Counted from the first letter of the stretch, positions 29,800 through 39,707 are shown. The stretch: 41,422 nt of DNA from an uncultured Mycoplasmatota bacterium (GCA_946630615.1 CAMOYX010000002.1:1-41422), one strand, 5' to 3'. Notes: a model not told the origin generated them from the letters alone. Made by a program: numbers and translations.

Positions 29800-30168
29800 C
29801 TATAATACTTCGTTAGCAAGAGAAACAATCTTTGTGAAGTTTCTTTCTCTTAACTCTCTAGCAACTGGTCCAAGTACACGAGTTCCAACTGGTGTTAAAT
29901 CATCCTTAATGATTACGCATGCGTTATCATCAAATTTGATTAGAGAACCGTCTTTTCTTCTAACGCCTTGTCTAGTTCTTACTATAACAGCGTTACATAC
30001 TTTACCTTCTTTAACTGTTCCGTTAGGAATTGCTTTTTTAACAGTACATTTAACAATGTCGCCGATGCCAGCAGTTTTACGTTTAGAACCGCCCATACAT
30101 CTAATAACTAGTACTTCTCTAGCACCTGAGTTATCTGCAACTTTTAATCTTGATTCTTGTTGGATCAT
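29800..30168 (-). CDS. rplN: 50S ribosomal protein L14
   Basis: [19 protein letters not shown]..., 122 aa. Confidence 0.96.
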   Translation of the reverse strand: MIQQESRLKVADNSGAREVLVIRCMGGSKRKTAGIGDIVKCTVKKAIPNGTVKEGKVCNAVIVRTRQGVRRKDGSLIKFDDNACVIIKDDLTPVGTRVLGPVARELRERNFTKIVSLANEVL

Positions 30169-30180
30169 AATTTAAGCCTC

Positions 30181-30444
30181 CTAAAGTTCTACAGCTTCAA
30201 CTAGTACTTCTACAAGTTCATATCTCTTAGTTTTTGATAGAGGTCTTGTAGCTCTAATTTTTACTGTATCTCCTACTTTAGCAACATTCTTTTCATCATG
30301 TGCTGCGTATTTCTTAGAGTATTTTACTCTTTTACCATATAAAGGGTGTTTCTTGTGTGTTTCAACAAGTACAGTAATGGTTTTATCATTAGCTGATGAA
30401 ACAACTTTACCAACTAATGTTGCTTGTAAATTCTTATTTTCCAT
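30181..30444 (-). CDS. rpsQ: 30S ribosomal protein S17
   Basis: 87 aa, [20 protein letters not shown]. Confidence 0.95.
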   Translation of the reverse strand: MENKNLQATLVGKVVSSANDKTITVLVETHKKHPLYGKRVKYSKKYAAHDEKNVAKVGDTVKIRATRPLSKTKRYELVEVLVEAVEL

Positions 30445-30647
30445 TATTCGTTACCTCCCTTAATTTCTCTTTCCTTTAGAACAGTTAACATTCTTGCGAT
30501 GTCTTTCTTTAAAACATGCATTTGGTGAGGCTTTTCTAAAGCACCACGAGCTTGTTTCATACGCATATCAAGTAACTCAGCTTTTGAGTCTTTAACTTTT
30601 TGCATTATTTCTGCATCAGTCATTTTACGAATTTCTTGTGCTTTCAT
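30444..30647 (-). CDS. rpmC: 50S ribosomal protein L29
   Basis: 67 aa. TAATG overlaps at both ends are typical for this operon. Confidence 0.93.
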   Translation of the reverse strand: MKAQEIRKMTDAEIMQKVKDSKAELLDMRMKQARGALEKPHQMHVLKKDIARMLTVLKEREIKGGNE

Positions 30648-31060
30648 TATTTAGCCTCCTTTTTAATTATTTTGCAAGGAACGGCAAGTTTGTGTGAAGC
30701 AAGTCTTAAAGCTTCTCTTGCAGTAGCTTCATCGATATCTCCAACTTCGAACATGATTTTGCCTTTTTTTACTACAGCAACATATTCTTCAACGTTACCT
30801 TTACCTTTACCTTGTCTAGTTTCTAATGGTTTTCTAGTTCTTGCTAGGTGTGGGAATATATTAATATAAGTTGTTCCACCACGTTTCATATAACGTGTCA
30901 TGGCAATTCTTGCTGCTTCGATTTGTCTTGCAGAAATGTAATTACCTTCCATAGCAACTAAACCGTATTCACCAAATTGAAGTTCAGTGTTTCCTTTTGC
31001 ATTACCTTCGTAAGATATTCTATGTGGTTTTCTATATTTAGTTCTCTTTGGCATTAACAT
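30647..31060 (-). CDS. rplP: 50S ribosomal protein L16
   Basis: The track ORF begins at a GTG (31069). I trimmed it to [11 protein letters not shown] (ATG 31060), 5 nt after GGTGA. Confidence 0.93.
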   Translation of the reverse strand: MLMPKRTKYRKPHRISYEGNAKGNTELQFGEYGLVAMEGNYISARQIEAARIAMTRYMKRGGTTYINIFPHLARTRKPLETRQGKGKGNVEEYVAVVKKGKIMFEVGDIDEATAREALRLASHKLAVPCKIIKKEAK

Positions 31061-31760
31061 TAGAATCACCGTCCTTTACTTCTTTACGATTATTTCTTTT
31101 TGTTTCAGGTTTAGCATCGTTATTTCTCTTATTTAAGATTTCTCCTTTGTAAACCCAAACTTTAACACCGATCTTACCATAAGTAGTAGCAGCAGTAGAT
31201 GTTCCGTAGTCGATGTCAGCACGAAGAGTATGAAGAGGAACAGTTCCTTCTACATAGAATTCGCTACGAGCCATTTCAGCTCCATTTAAACGACCAGATA
31301 CTAATGTTTTAATACCTTTAACGCCAGCTTTTCTAGCGTTTCTAATTGCACGTTTTTCAGCGCTTCTATAAGGAGCTCTGTTTTCAATTTGCATTGCAAT
31401 TGAATCAGCTATTAATTGAGCATTTGTATCTGCTTCTTTAGATACGTCAACAATTGAAACTTTAGCGTCTTCGCCACAGTTTTTCTTAAGTTCGTCTCTT
31501 AATTTGTTGATATCTTCACCACCACGTCCGATGATTACACCAGGTTTAGCAGTGTTAATAGTGATTTCAGGACGACCATTTCTTCTTTCAATAATGATTG
31601 AAGCTACAGCAGCGTCTTTTAATCTTTTTGCTAAGAATTCTCTGATTTTAAGATCTTGGTTTAAATCTTTAGCATAATCAGACTTATTAGCATACCAATT
31701 TGAAGACCAAGTTTTATTTACACCTAATCTAAATCCAATAGGATTAACCTTTTGTCCCAT
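31038..31760 (-). CDS. rpsC: 30S ribosomal protein S3 with a basic/acidic C-terminal extension
   Basis: [14 protein letters not shown]..., 240 aa. The 3' end overlaps rplP by 23 nt. Confidence 0.95.
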   Translation of the reverse strand: MGQKVNPIGFRLGVNKTWSSNWYANKSDYAKDLNQDLKIREFLAKRLKDAAVASIIIERRNGRPEITINTAKPGVIIGRGGEDINKLRDELKKNCGEDAKVSIVDVSKEADTNAQLIADSIAMQIENRAPYRSAEKRAIRNARKAGVKGIKTLVSGRLNGAEMARSEFYVEGTVPLHTLRADIDYGTSTAATTYGKIGVKVWVYKGEILNKRNNDAKPETKRNNRKEVKDGDSNVNAKEN

Positions 31761-31762
31761 AA

Positions 31763-32107
31763 TTAAGCGCCTACCTTTCCATCACTAACTTTTACAACGA
31801 TGTGAGAAGTTCTGTGATCATTTCTTGCAGTTCTTCCGTGAGAAGCCATTTTCATTCTCTTAAGAACGATACCTGGATTAACCATACATTCAGATACTCT
31901 TAAGTCTGCTTCTTTAGCGTTGAAATTATTTACAGCATTTGCTACAGCACTTTCAAGTACTTTAGAAATTAATCTACTTGATTTAGTGTTTGTAGTTGCT
32001 AGAATAGCACGAGCTTCACTAACACTCTTTGCTCTTATAAGATCAAGAGTCATACGAGCTTTACGTGGAGCAACCATTGCGTTTTTATGAATTGAATAAG
32101 TTTCCAT
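31763..32107 (-). CDS. rplV: 50S ribosomal protein L22
   Basis: 114 aa, APRKARMTLDLIR. Confidence 0.94.
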   Translation of the reverse strand: METYSIHKNAMVAPRKARMTLDLIRAKSVSEARAILATTNTKSSRLISKVLESAVANAVNNFNAKEADLRVSECMVNPGIVLKRMKMASHGRTARNDHRTSHIVVKVSDGKVGA

Positions 32108-32117
32108 TTAAAACCTC

Positions 32118-32384
32118 CTATTTCCCTTGTCCTGCGTGTCCGCCAAACTTACGAGTTAAAGCGAATTCACCTAATTTGTGTCCTACCATATCTTCAGTTA
32201 CGAACACTGGAATAAATTCCTTACCATTGTGAACAGCTAATGTGTGTCCTACAAAGCTTGGGAAGATAGTTGAACGACGAGAATATGTCTTAACTACTTC
32301 TTTTTTGTTTGCAGCGTTAAGTGCATCAATTTTCTTTGCAAGACTTGCGTCAATGAAAGGACCTTTTTTTAAACTTCTTGCCAT
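32118..32384 (-). CDS. rpsS: 30S ribosomal protein S19
   Basis: [12 protein letters not shown]..., 88 aa. Confidence 0.96.
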   Translation of the reverse strand: MARSLKKGPFIDASLAKKIDALNAANKKEVVKTYSRRSTIFPSFVGHTLAVHNGKEFIPVFVTEDMVGHKLGEFALTRKFGGHAGQGK

Positions 32385-32392
32385 ATTTTCAC

Positions 32393-33223
32393 CTATTTCT
32401 TCCTTCTACTAACAATTAGCTTGTTAGAAGCTTTATTTCCTTTTCTAGTCTTATATCCTAGAGCTGGTTTACCCCAAGGTGTCATTGGTGACTTACGTCC
32501 TACTGGAGCACGTCCTTCACCACCACCATGTGGGTGGTCGTTAGGGTTCATTACAGAACCACGGTTAGTTGGTCTGATACCCATGTGGATTTTACGACCA
32601 GCTTTACCTAAGTTAACTAATGAGTAGTCAGCATTTCCAACTACACCAATAGTAGCCATACAGTTAGCTAATAATTTTCTTGTTTCACCTGATTGAAGAC
32701 GAACCATAACATACTTTCCTTCTTTACCAAGAATTTGAGCAGAAGTACCAGCAGCTCTACATAAAGCAGCTCCTGAACCTGGGTTCATTTCAATATTGTG
32801 AATTGTTGTACCTACAGGGATGTTTTCTAATGGTAGAGCGTTACCAACTTTGATATCAGCATCTTTACCATTTTCAATGATAGCTCCAACAACTAATCCT
32901 TCTGGTGCGATAATATATTTTTTTTCACCATCTAAATAGTTAATTAAAGCAATGTTAGCGTTTCTGTTTGGATCGTATTCGATAGATGCAACACGTCCTG
33001 TAACACCAACTTTATTTCTCTTGAAATCGATTACACGATATTTTCTTTTAGCGCCGCCACCAATGTGTCTAACAGTCATTTTACCTTGGTTATTACGGCC
33101 ACCTGTTTTTCTTGCTTTTGCAAGTAATGATTTAGTAGGAGCAGTCTTAGTTAATACTTCATTAGCTAAAGTTGTCATACCACGACGTCCGTTAGTGGTT
33201 GGTTTATATGTTTTAATTGCCAT
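32393..33223 (-). CDS. rplB: 50S ribosomal protein L2
   Basis: 276 aa, [21 protein letters not shown]. Confidence 0.96.
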   Translation of the reverse strand: MAIKTYKPTTNGRRGMTTLANEVLTKTAPTKSLLAKARKTGGRNNQGKMTVRHIGGGAKRKYRVIDFKRNKVGVTGRVASIEYDPNRNANIALINYLDGEKKYIIAPEGLVVGAIIENGKDADIKVGNALPLENIPVGTTIHNIEMNPGSGAALCRAAGTSAQILGKEGKYVMVRLQSGETRKLLANCMATIGVVGNADYSLVNLGKAGRKIHMGIRPTNRGSVMNPNDHPHGGGEGRAPVGRKSPMTPWGKPALGYKTRKGNKASNKLIVSRRKK

Positions 33224-33241
33224 ATTTATCTACTCCTTTCC

Positions 33242-33514
33242 TTACATTTCAATTGAATTACCTTGTGCTAAGGTAATAATTGCTTTCTTATATGTTTTTG
33301 AGAAACCAGGTCTTCCACCTAATCTCTTAGCTTTTGGTTTAGTATTTAAAGTGTTAATCTTTAATACTTTAACACCGAAGTGTTTTTCAATTTCACTCTT
33401 AATTTGAGTTTTTGTAGCTCTCTTGTCTACTTTGAATGTATATACACCATTCTCATTACCTTTATAACTTTTTTCAGTTATAACTGGTCCTAAAATAATA
33501 TCTGGATTACGCAT
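33242..33514 (-). CDS. rplW: 50S ribosomal protein L23
   Basis: Trimmed to MRNPDIILGPVITEKS (ATG 33514), preceded by GAAGGAGAG. It has an 8-nt ATGCGTAA overlap with the rplD stop. Confidence 0.92.
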   Translation of the reverse strand: MRNPDIILGPVITEKSYKGNENGVYTFKVDKRATKTQIKSEIEKHFGVKVLKINTLNTKPKAKRLGGRPGFSKTYKKAIITLAQGNSIEM

Positions 33515-34136
33515 TTTCACTCTCTCCTTCAATTAATTTTAAGGCACCCTCATCCATAACTAATGTATCAGCGTTAACGATGTCATAAACATTGATTTCG
33601 TCAACTAAGATATGATAAGCATATGGTAAGTTACGAGAAGCCATGAATAGATTTTCGCAATCTTCAGATGTTACGAATAATACTTTGCCTTCTAATTTTG
33701 CCTTTTCAATTATTGCAGTTAAGTCTTTTGTCTTTAGAGTTGGTAATTCTAAAGAATCAAATACAACTAACTTCTTGTTTGCAGCTTTGTCAGCTAAAGC
33801 ACTAACTAAAGCTAATGATCTTTCTTTCTTGTTAATCTTGAAAGAATAATCTCTTGGTTTAACACCATGTGGTACTCCACCGCCTACATATTGAGTAGCT
33901 CTAATAGAACCTTGTCTTGCGTTACCAGTACCTTTTTGTTTATAAGGTTTACGACCACCACCAGAAACTTCGCTTCTGTTTTTAGTCTTTCTTGTACCTT
34001 GTCTTGTAGCGTTAAGTTGAAGACGAATCATCTTCTTAACGGCACTTTCGTTCACTTCAGCACCCCAAATAGAATCATCTAAAGTGATGTCATGAACTTT
34101 TTCTAATTTTAAGTTTTTAACTTCAATCTTTGCCAT
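33507..34136 (-). CDS. rplD: 50S ribosomal protein L4
   Basis: 209 aa, GGGRKPYKQKGTGNARQGS. Confidence 0.95.
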   Translation of the reverse strand: MAKIEVKNLKLEKVHDITLDDSIWGAEVNESAVKKMIRLQLNATRQGTRKTKNRSEVSGGGRKPYKQKGTGNARQGSIRATQYVGGGVPHGVKPRDYSFKINKKERSLALVSALADKAANKKLVVFDSLELPTLKTKDLTAIIEKAKLEGKVLFVTSEDCENLFMASRNLPYAYHILVDEINVYDIVNADTLVMDEGALKLIEGESENA

Positions 34137-34156
34137 AATATGTCCTTTCTATGATT

Positions 34157-34873
34157 CTAGTTTTCTTGTGCTTCAGTAGTTTCTACTGGAGTAGTTTCAG
34201 CTTCAGCTACTTCTTCTACAAAAGTAATAACTTCTTTTGGATTAGCTTTACGATTGTTTTTAACAGCTGATTTAATAGTTACTAAACCTTTCTTAGGTCC
34301 TGGTACATTACCAGATACTAAGATGTAGTTTTCCTTAGCATTTACTTCAATGATTTCTAAGTTTTGAACTGTAACAGTATCAACACCCATGTGACCAGCT
34401 AAGTGTTTACCTTTTAAAACTCTCTTTGGTAACATAGTTCCCATTGAACCTGGTCTTCTGTGGTAAGTTGAACCGTGAGTTTCAGGTCCTCTAGATTGAT
34501 TGTGACGTTTAATAACACCAGCAAATCCTTTACCTTTAGAAGTTCCTGTTACATCTACAACTTCGCCTACAGCGAAAATATCAGCGCTTAATTGATCTCC
34601 AACTTGATATTCGCCAGCAACGTTGCGAATTTCTTTCAAGAAGCGCTTAGGAGTTGTGTTAGCTTTTTTAGCGTGTCCAACATTTGCACGAGTTGAGTGT
34701 TTTTCACTCTTGTCTACTACGCCTAGTTGAATGGCATTGTATCCATCTTTTTCAGTTGTTTTAACTTGCATAACAGTATTTGGTTCAACACTAACTACTG
34801 TAACTGGAATTAAAGCACCGTCTTTTGTGAATACTTCAGTCATTCCGACCTTGCGTCCTAAGATTCCTTTCAT
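34157..34873 (-). CDS. rplC: 50S ribosomal protein L3 with an acidic C-terminal extension
   Basis: [15 protein letters not shown]..., 238 aa. The tail is [19 protein letters not shown]. Confidence 0.95.
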   Translation of the reverse strand: MKGILGRKVGMTEVFTKDGALIPVTVVSVEPNTVMQVKTTEKDGYNAIQLGVVDKSEKHSTRANVGHAKKANTTPKRFLKEIRNVAGEYQVGDQLSADIFAVGEVVDVTGTSKGKGFAGVIKRHNQSRGPETHGSTYHRRPGSMGTMLPKRVLKGKHLAGHMGVDTVTVQNLEIIEVNAKENYILVSGNVPGPKKGLVTIKSAVKNNRKANPKEVITFVEEVAEAETTPVETTEAQEN

Positions 34874-34898
34874 TTTACTATTCCTTTCTTTTAACTAA

Positions 34899-35210
34899 TT
34901 ACTTAGTTTTAATGTTGATTTGTACACCACTAGGTAAATCTAGTCTTGTTAGAGAATCAACGATCTCCTTACTTGGGTCAATAATATCAATAAGTCTCTT
35001 ATGAGTACGTGATTCGAATTGTTCACGAGCATCTTTGTACTTATGAACAGCTCTTAGTACTGTAACTCTTTCAATATCAGTTGGAAGAGGTACTGGACCA
35101 GATACTTTACCACCAAGACGTTTTACTGTATCGCAGATTTTTTCAGCTGCTAGGTCGATAACCTTAGCATCGAAAGATTTAAGAACGATACGTACTTTTT
35201 CCTTAGCCAT
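34899..35210 (-). CDS. rpsJ: 30S ribosomal protein S10
   Basis: The track ORF (to 35324) runs into the leader. I trimmed it to [14 protein letters not shown] (ATG 35210), 7 nt after AAAGGAGG. Confidence 0.94.
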   Translation of the reverse strand: MAKEKVRIVLKSFDAKVIDLAAEKICDTVKRLGGKVSGPVPLPTDIERVTVLRAVHKYKDAREQFESRTHKRLIDIIDPSKEIVDSLTRLDLPSGVQINIKTK

Positions 35211-35333
35211 TAAAGTAGCCTCCTTTCGCATATATCTTGTATATACTTGCTCCGTACAAATTCTCCGATTTACTATAACAACATTGCCTAGCGTATCGGT
35301 AACTTCGCACATCCTCGCCGTCATACGTATAAG
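35211..35333 (-). promoter_or_regulatory. 5' leader of the S10 operon (about 120 nt), locally GC-enriched and probably structured
   Basis: It lies between the -10 element and the rpsJ SD. A hairpin CGTAT..CGG/CCG.ATACG is present, and CGGAG occurs twice. The composition is clearly less AT-rich than other intergenic DNA here. Confidence 0.45.
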
Positions 35334-35362
35334 ATAATACTATAAATAGTCCCTTTTTGCAA
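35334..35362 (-). promoter_or_regulatory. Sigma-A-type promoter of the S10-spc-alpha superoperon
   Basis: On the minus strand, TTGCAA (35362-35357), a 17-nt spacer, then TATTAT (35339-35334). Confidence 0.65.
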
Positions 35363-35384
35363 GCGATTTTTAAGTTTTTTTCAA

Positions 35385-35412
35385 TAAAAAAGAACTGTTT
35401 TAGAGCAGTTCT
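35385..35412 (-). terminator. Terminator of the YfcC-family gene
   Basis: Stem AGAACTG(35391-35397)/CAGTTCT(35406-35412), with a plus-strand A-run at 35385-35391. Confidence 0.65.
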
Positions 35413-35418
35413 AATTTA

Positions 35419-36906
35419 TTAAACATAAGCTAAAATTGTAAACACAATTAATAAGCATATTAACATTGCTACAAAGAATTTCCAAATGTAGCCTAACCAT
35501 GTTTTGTAAGGAACTTTAGCGTATGATAATCCGAATACTAATAATTCAGATGCTGGTGTAATGAATTTCACTAAACCAAATATTGAAACCATAATTGTCA
35601 TGATTGTTGATTGAGATCCACTAATAGCAGCTAAATGGCTACTTGTAGAGTATGCAAGGTAACCTAAGTCACTATTGAAGAATGCTCCAACAAAAGCTTC
35701 TAATGTTAAGACAAATGGATTTAGTGTTGTTTGACTTAACTTAGCAATAGTACCAATAACAGTTGTTAGTATTGGGCTCCAGTATAGGAATACAAATATC
35801 ATGTATGAAATTACCATTATCATTGCTGGTTTAGAAATTTTCTTTAAGCCATCAATAATATAATCAATAAAGTCATTGAATTTGATTCTTGCTAGAACAG
35901 CAGATACAGTAGCAATTAGAAGCATTACAACAGCATAATCGAATGTGTACCAGTTACCAAATTCATAAGCTAATGAATATGTAACGTTTTGAGTAGGTGC
36001 ACCCATTAATGCGTGGAATATTTCTAAATCACCAATCTTTAATCCGATAACTGCTTCATGTAATTTTTCGAATGCAGTGATTCCAAATACAGTATCTTCT
36101 GCACCGTTAATGTTCCATGGAGTAAATCCTAAGATTAAGAAGATAAATACTAGACCCATCATTATAGCTGCAGGCCATACTTTTTTATTCTTCTTAGCTT
36201 CATCTACTACGAATGGAGCTTCTTCAGTTTCAAGTTCAGCTTTCTTGTTATTCTTTCCACCTATGTGTTTCTTAATATACATAATATTAAAGAAATTAAA
36301 TATAGCAATAGCAAGACCTAAAATTAAAACTCTGATTAATAAATCTTGAGTAGTTGTAATTTCAGCACCTGCATATCTTACATATTTAACATAGTTAACT
36401 ATTTCTTCACCACCAACTGTTGAACCAATTACACCAAGCATAGTTGATGCAACTGTTGTACTTAAGCTAGATAGTTTATCGAAACCAGTCTTTCTTAAAA
36501 TAGCATATACAAATGGAATAATTCCTACAATTGCAATATGACTATTTAGAATAGTTCCAAGAATAGCAAATAAGATACTAACAATTAAACTTAATACTAT
36601 TTCCTTTCCTTTGAAGAATTTAGCTATGCGATTAACTAGTGCTTTATAAGTATCTATATGAGTTACAATTCCATAGAATGCTCCAACTGCTGCTAGGAAT
36701 CCTAATTGAATTGAGTAGTTTTGAATAGCAAAGATAAATGCATATACAATATGTACTAATCCAAGGCGGCCAAATGTGCCATTATTTGTTAGAACTCCAT
36801 CAGTTCCGAATTGTTCTACTGGAATGATCCATGTTAATAGAACTATTAAGCAAATCATAATTAATAACGCTTTAGTTAAATCATGTTCCTTAAAAAATTT
36901 TTTCAT
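35419..36906 (-). CDS. YfcC-family (DcuC/C4-dicarboxylate anaerobic carrier-like superfamily) integral membrane transporter
   Basis: 495 aa, more than 10 TM segments. GAFYGIVTHIDTYKALVNRIAKFFKGKE parallels the GGAFGIV...I motif of E. coli YfcC. SD is GGAGGAGG. Confidence 0.7.
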   Translation of the reverse strand: MKKFFKEHDLTKALLIMICLIVLLTWIIPVEQFGTDGVLTNNGTFGRLGLVHIVYAFIFAIQNYSIQLGFLAAVGAFYGIVTHIDTYKALVNRIAKFFKGKEIVLSLIVSILFAILGTILNSHIAIVGIIPFVYAILRKTGFDKLSSLSTTVASTMLGVIGSTVGGEEIVNYVKYVRYAGAEITTTQDLLIRVLILGLAIAIFNFFNIMYIKKHIGGKNNKKAELETEEAPFVVDEAKKNKKVWPAAIMMGLVFIFLILGFTPWNINGAEDTVFGITAFEKLHEAVIGLKIGDLEIFHALMGAPTQNVTYSLAYEFGNWYTFDYAVVMLLIATVSAVLARIKFNDFIDYIIDGLKKISKPAMIMVISYMIFVFLYWSPILTTVIGTIAKLSQTTLNPFVLTLEAFVGAFFNSDLGYLAYSTSSHLAAISGSQSTIMTIMVSIFGLVKFITPASELLVFGLSYAKVPYKTWLGYIWKFFVAMLICLLIVFTILAYV

Positions 36907-36987
36907 TACTTTCCTCCTCCATTGAAATTATAACACATTAGGAGAGCTATAAATTAAAAATATATGTGAAAATTAGCTATTTTTATA

Positions 36988-37016
36988 AGAAAAAGACCAA
37001 CTTAGTGTTGGTCTTT
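36988..37016 (-). terminator. lysS terminator
   Basis: Stem AGACCAAC(36994-37001)/GTTGGTCT(37007-37014), with a plus-strand A-run at 36989-36994. Confidence 0.75.
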
Positions 37017-37021
37017 AGTTA

Positions 37022-38896
37022 TTAATATAATTTTGCACCTGCTGGTATTTCATCAGATACCATTAGTAAGTGTAGTTTTTCTTCTTCAAGTTCAGTGTGA
37101 ACTGCAGATAATAACATACCACATGATTCAATTCCCATCATTGGTCTTGGAGGTAAGTTAACTATAGCTATAAGTGTTTTACCTATTAAATCCTCTGGTT
37201 CATAGTATGCGTGAATTCCACTAAGAATAGTTCTATCTATTCCTGTGCCATCATCTAATGTGAATTGTAATAACTTTTTAGATTTAGGTACTGCAATACA
37301 GTCTTTTACTTTTACAGCTCTAAAGTCTGATTTAGAGAATGTTTCAAAATCTACAAAGTCTTTAAATAGTGGTTCTATTTCTACATTAGAGAAATCAATA
37401 TTCTTTGTAACTGGTTGAGTTACTTTCTTTTTCTTATTATCGTTTGGTTTCATCATTGGGAATAGAACAACATCTCTTACAGATTGTGCATCATATAAAA
37501 GCATCATTAATCTATCTATACCAAAACCTAGACCAGATATTGGTGGCATACCTTGTTCCATAGCTCTTAGATAATCTTCATCTAGATCCATGGTTTCATC
37601 GTCACCTTGTGCTTTAGCTTTTAATTGATCTTCAAAGTTTCTTCTTTGGATTTCTGGATTTACAAGCTCTGAATATGCATTACATAATTCTGCTCCACAT
37701 ACTACTACTTGGAATACATCTACTATTTCTTTATTATTATCATTTGTTCTTGCAAGGGGCTTTAATACTGCAGGATAGTTCCAAATGATTGTTGGTTGAA
37801 TAATGTTAGCTCTTATAGTCTTTTTATAAATAAAGTCTATTATTTGTCCAACTGATTTATATTCAGCCATGTCTTTATCTGTGAATAATCCTTTTTCTAT
37901 AACTTTTGATTTTAATTCATTTGGATCAGTTATAGTTAGAAAATCAAATCCTAAGATTTCTCTTAGTTTTTCTACGTAGTTAATTCTTGGCCATTCTTCT
38001 TTACCAAAGTCTAGTAAGTTACCTTGATACATTACTTTAGTATCACCTTTTAAATATTTAATAGCTTCTCTCATGAAGTCTTGGTAGAAAGTAATGTTAT
38101 CTTCAAAGTTCCAGTATGCAGCATACCATTCTACTTGAGTGAATTCTTGTAAGTGTTGTGGATCCATACCTTCGTTACGGAAGCATTTAGCAAGTTCATA
38201 TACTCTATCAAATCCACCAGCTATACATTCTTTTAAATAACATTCTGGTGCAATACGTAAGTTACAATCAATATCTAATGCATTATGGTGAGTAAAGAAT
38301 GGTTTTGCAGAAGCTCCTGATACAGCTGTTTGAACAATTGGTGTTTCTACTTCTAAAAAATTATGTTCCATCATGAATTTTCTTAAGAAGTAATAGAATT
38401 TAGAACGACCTAAGAATATATCTCTTGAATCTTGATTCATTATTAGATCTGTGTATCTTTCTCTATATCTTATTTCTGTATCTGTTAGTCCATGGAATTT
38501 TTCAGGTAATGGTCTTAGTGCTTTACCTAAGAAAGTGAATTCATGTACTCTTATAGTTTTTTCTCCTGTTTGAGTAGTAAACATTTCACCTTTAACTCCT
38601 ATGAAGTCTCCACTATCTAAAATCTTTTTGAATCTATCGTATTCTGCTTCACCAAGTTCATCTACTCTAAATTCTAATTGAATAGCAGCTTTAATGTTTC
38701 TGATTTTAACAAAAGATAGTTTACCCATCTTTCTCATAAATGTAATACGTCCTGCTACACTTACATCTTTTACACCATCTTCTAAGTTAATAGCTTCTTC
38801 AATAGTATAGTTAGTAACGTATTTCTCAGGATATGGATTTGTTATTTCAGATAATTTTTGTCTTCTTACTTGTTCTTGTTCTGTTAATACTTGCAT
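37022..38896 (-). CDS. lysS: Lysine--tRNA ligase (class II) fused to a C-terminal Trbp111/CsaA/EMAP-type tRNA-binding domain
   Basis: aa 1-480: an OB anticodon-binding domain, FHGLTDTEIRYRERYTDLI, the motif 2 region LRIAPECYLK...FRNEG, and motif 3 GFGIDRLMMLL. aa about 505-624: DFRAVKVKDC...KKLLQFTLDDG...RTILSGIHAYYEPEDLIGKTLIAIVNLPPRPMMGIESCGMLLSA, which matches the tRNA_bind (PF01588-like) pattern. Confidence 0.88.
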   Translation of the reverse strand: MQVLTEQEQVRRQKLSEITNPYPEKYVTNYTIEEAINLEDGVKDVSVAGRITFMRKMGKLSFVKIRNIKAAIQLEFRVDELGEAEYDRFKKILDSGDFIGVKGEMFTTQTGEKTIRVHEFTFLGKALRPLPEKFHGLTDTEIRYRERYTDLIMNQDSRDIFLGRSKFYYFLRKFMMEHNFLEVETPIVQTAVSGASAKPFFTHHNALDIDCNLRIAPECYLKECIAGGFDRVYELAKCFRNEGMDPQHLQEFTQVEWYAAYWNFEDNITFYQDFMREAIKYLKGDTKVMYQGNLLDFGKEEWPRINYVEKLREILGFDFLTITDPNELKSKVIEKGLFTDKDMAEYKSVGQIIDFIYKKTIRANIIQPTIIWNYPAVLKPLARTNDNNKEIVDVFQVVVCGAELCNAYSELVNPEIQRRNFEDQLKAKAQGDDETMDLDEDYLRAMEQGMPPISGLGFGIDRLMMLLYDAQSVRDVVLFPMMKPNDNKKKKVTQPVTKNIDFSNVEIEPLFKDFVDFETFSKSDFRAVKVKDCIAVPKSKKLLQFTLDDGTGIDRTILSGIHAYYEPEDLIGKTLIAIVNLPPRPMMGIESCGMLLSAVHTELEEEKLHLLMVSDEIPAGAKLY

Positions 38897-38955
38897 AATA
38901 TGTTCCTTTCTTAAAGAAAAAGTTTATACTTATGTACAAACTTTTACGTATTCAT

Positions 38956-38983
38956 ATAATAATATAAATTTATTATTTGTCAA
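38956..38983 (-). promoter_or_regulatory. Sigma-A-type promoter of lysS
   Basis: On the minus strand, TTGACA (38983-38978), a 16-nt spacer, then TATTAT (38961-38956). Confidence 0.55.
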
Positions 38984-38984
38984 A

Positions 38985-39707
38985 TTAAATATTTTCCATG
39001 AAGTAATATGCTCTATTCTTTGTTAAGAATGAGTTAGTAGCATTCATTACTCCGTTTAGTACTAAATAAGCTCCTACAATTTGAGTTATTAGTAAGTTAG
39101 AGAATGGATTAATAAATATTAAAATAGCCATGAATATTTGTAATACACTTGATAGTATTAAGAATAACCATGCATTTTCAGATATTATTTTTAAACGTAG
39201 ACCAAAGTCAATTTTAGTAATAGCTTGGCAAATCATCCATAATCCTACAAATACTGTTACAATTTGTGAGAATGTAAATGGACTTAATACTGCTAATAAA
39301 CCAACTATTAATCCTAATACTCCATATAAAATAAAATATTTAAAGAATGGCAAATCTCTTCTTTTCATACCTTCGTATATTGCAATAGCACTTGATGCTA
39401 TAACACCTAGACCAAATAGTATAGATACAGCTTTTGTTGATGTAGTTGGATTAATTAAGAATATTAAACCAAATATGATCATTACTGCTGAAGCAATAAT
39501 TTCATACCACATTACTTTATTCATTAATCTATCTAAGTCATTTAATAAACGTTTCTTTCTTTTTCTAAATAATCTTTTTAAGATTAATTTAAACTTAGAT
39601 TCTTTTGCAACTTTTTCTTCAAGTGTTTCAATTGTTTCTATTTCTGTTTGTTTGTTTTTTCTTGTTCTTTTTCTCTTAGTAGTCTTTTTTTCCTCATCAT
39701 CATACAT
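38985..39707 (-). CDS. DUF308/HdeD-like multi-TM membrane protein with a highly basic N-terminal tail
   Basis: 240 aa. Repeated G-rich TM pairs are present (IFGLIFLINP, ILFGLGVIASSAIAIYEG, GVLGLIVGLLAVLSP, VGLWMICQAITKI). Upstream are TGCTATAAT and GAAGGAG. The 194-aa plus-strand ORF opposite it is a shadow ORF. Confidence 0.65.
   Translation of the reverse strand: MYDDEEKKTTKRKRTRKNKQTEIETIETLEEKVAKESKFKLILKRLFRKRKKRLLNDLDRLMNKVMWYEIIASAVMIIFGLIFLINPTTSTKAVSILFGLGVIASSAIAIYEGMKRRDLPFFKYFILYGVLGLIVGLLAVLSPFTFSQIVTVFVGLWMICQAITKIDFGLRLKIISENAWLFLILSSVLQIFMAILIFINPFSNLLITQIVGAYLVLNGVMNATNSFLTKNRAYYFMENI

Noticed and set aside
35211-35324. N-terminal extensions in the ORF track: rpsJ to 35324, rplO to 26904, natA to 7932, rplW to 33532, rplP to 31069, and the 18003 gene to 19205.
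   Set aside because: Homologous N-termini and well-placed SD sequences point to internal ATGs. Two of the track starts (19205 and 31069) are GTG codons, and the extensions run into upstream genes or leaders.
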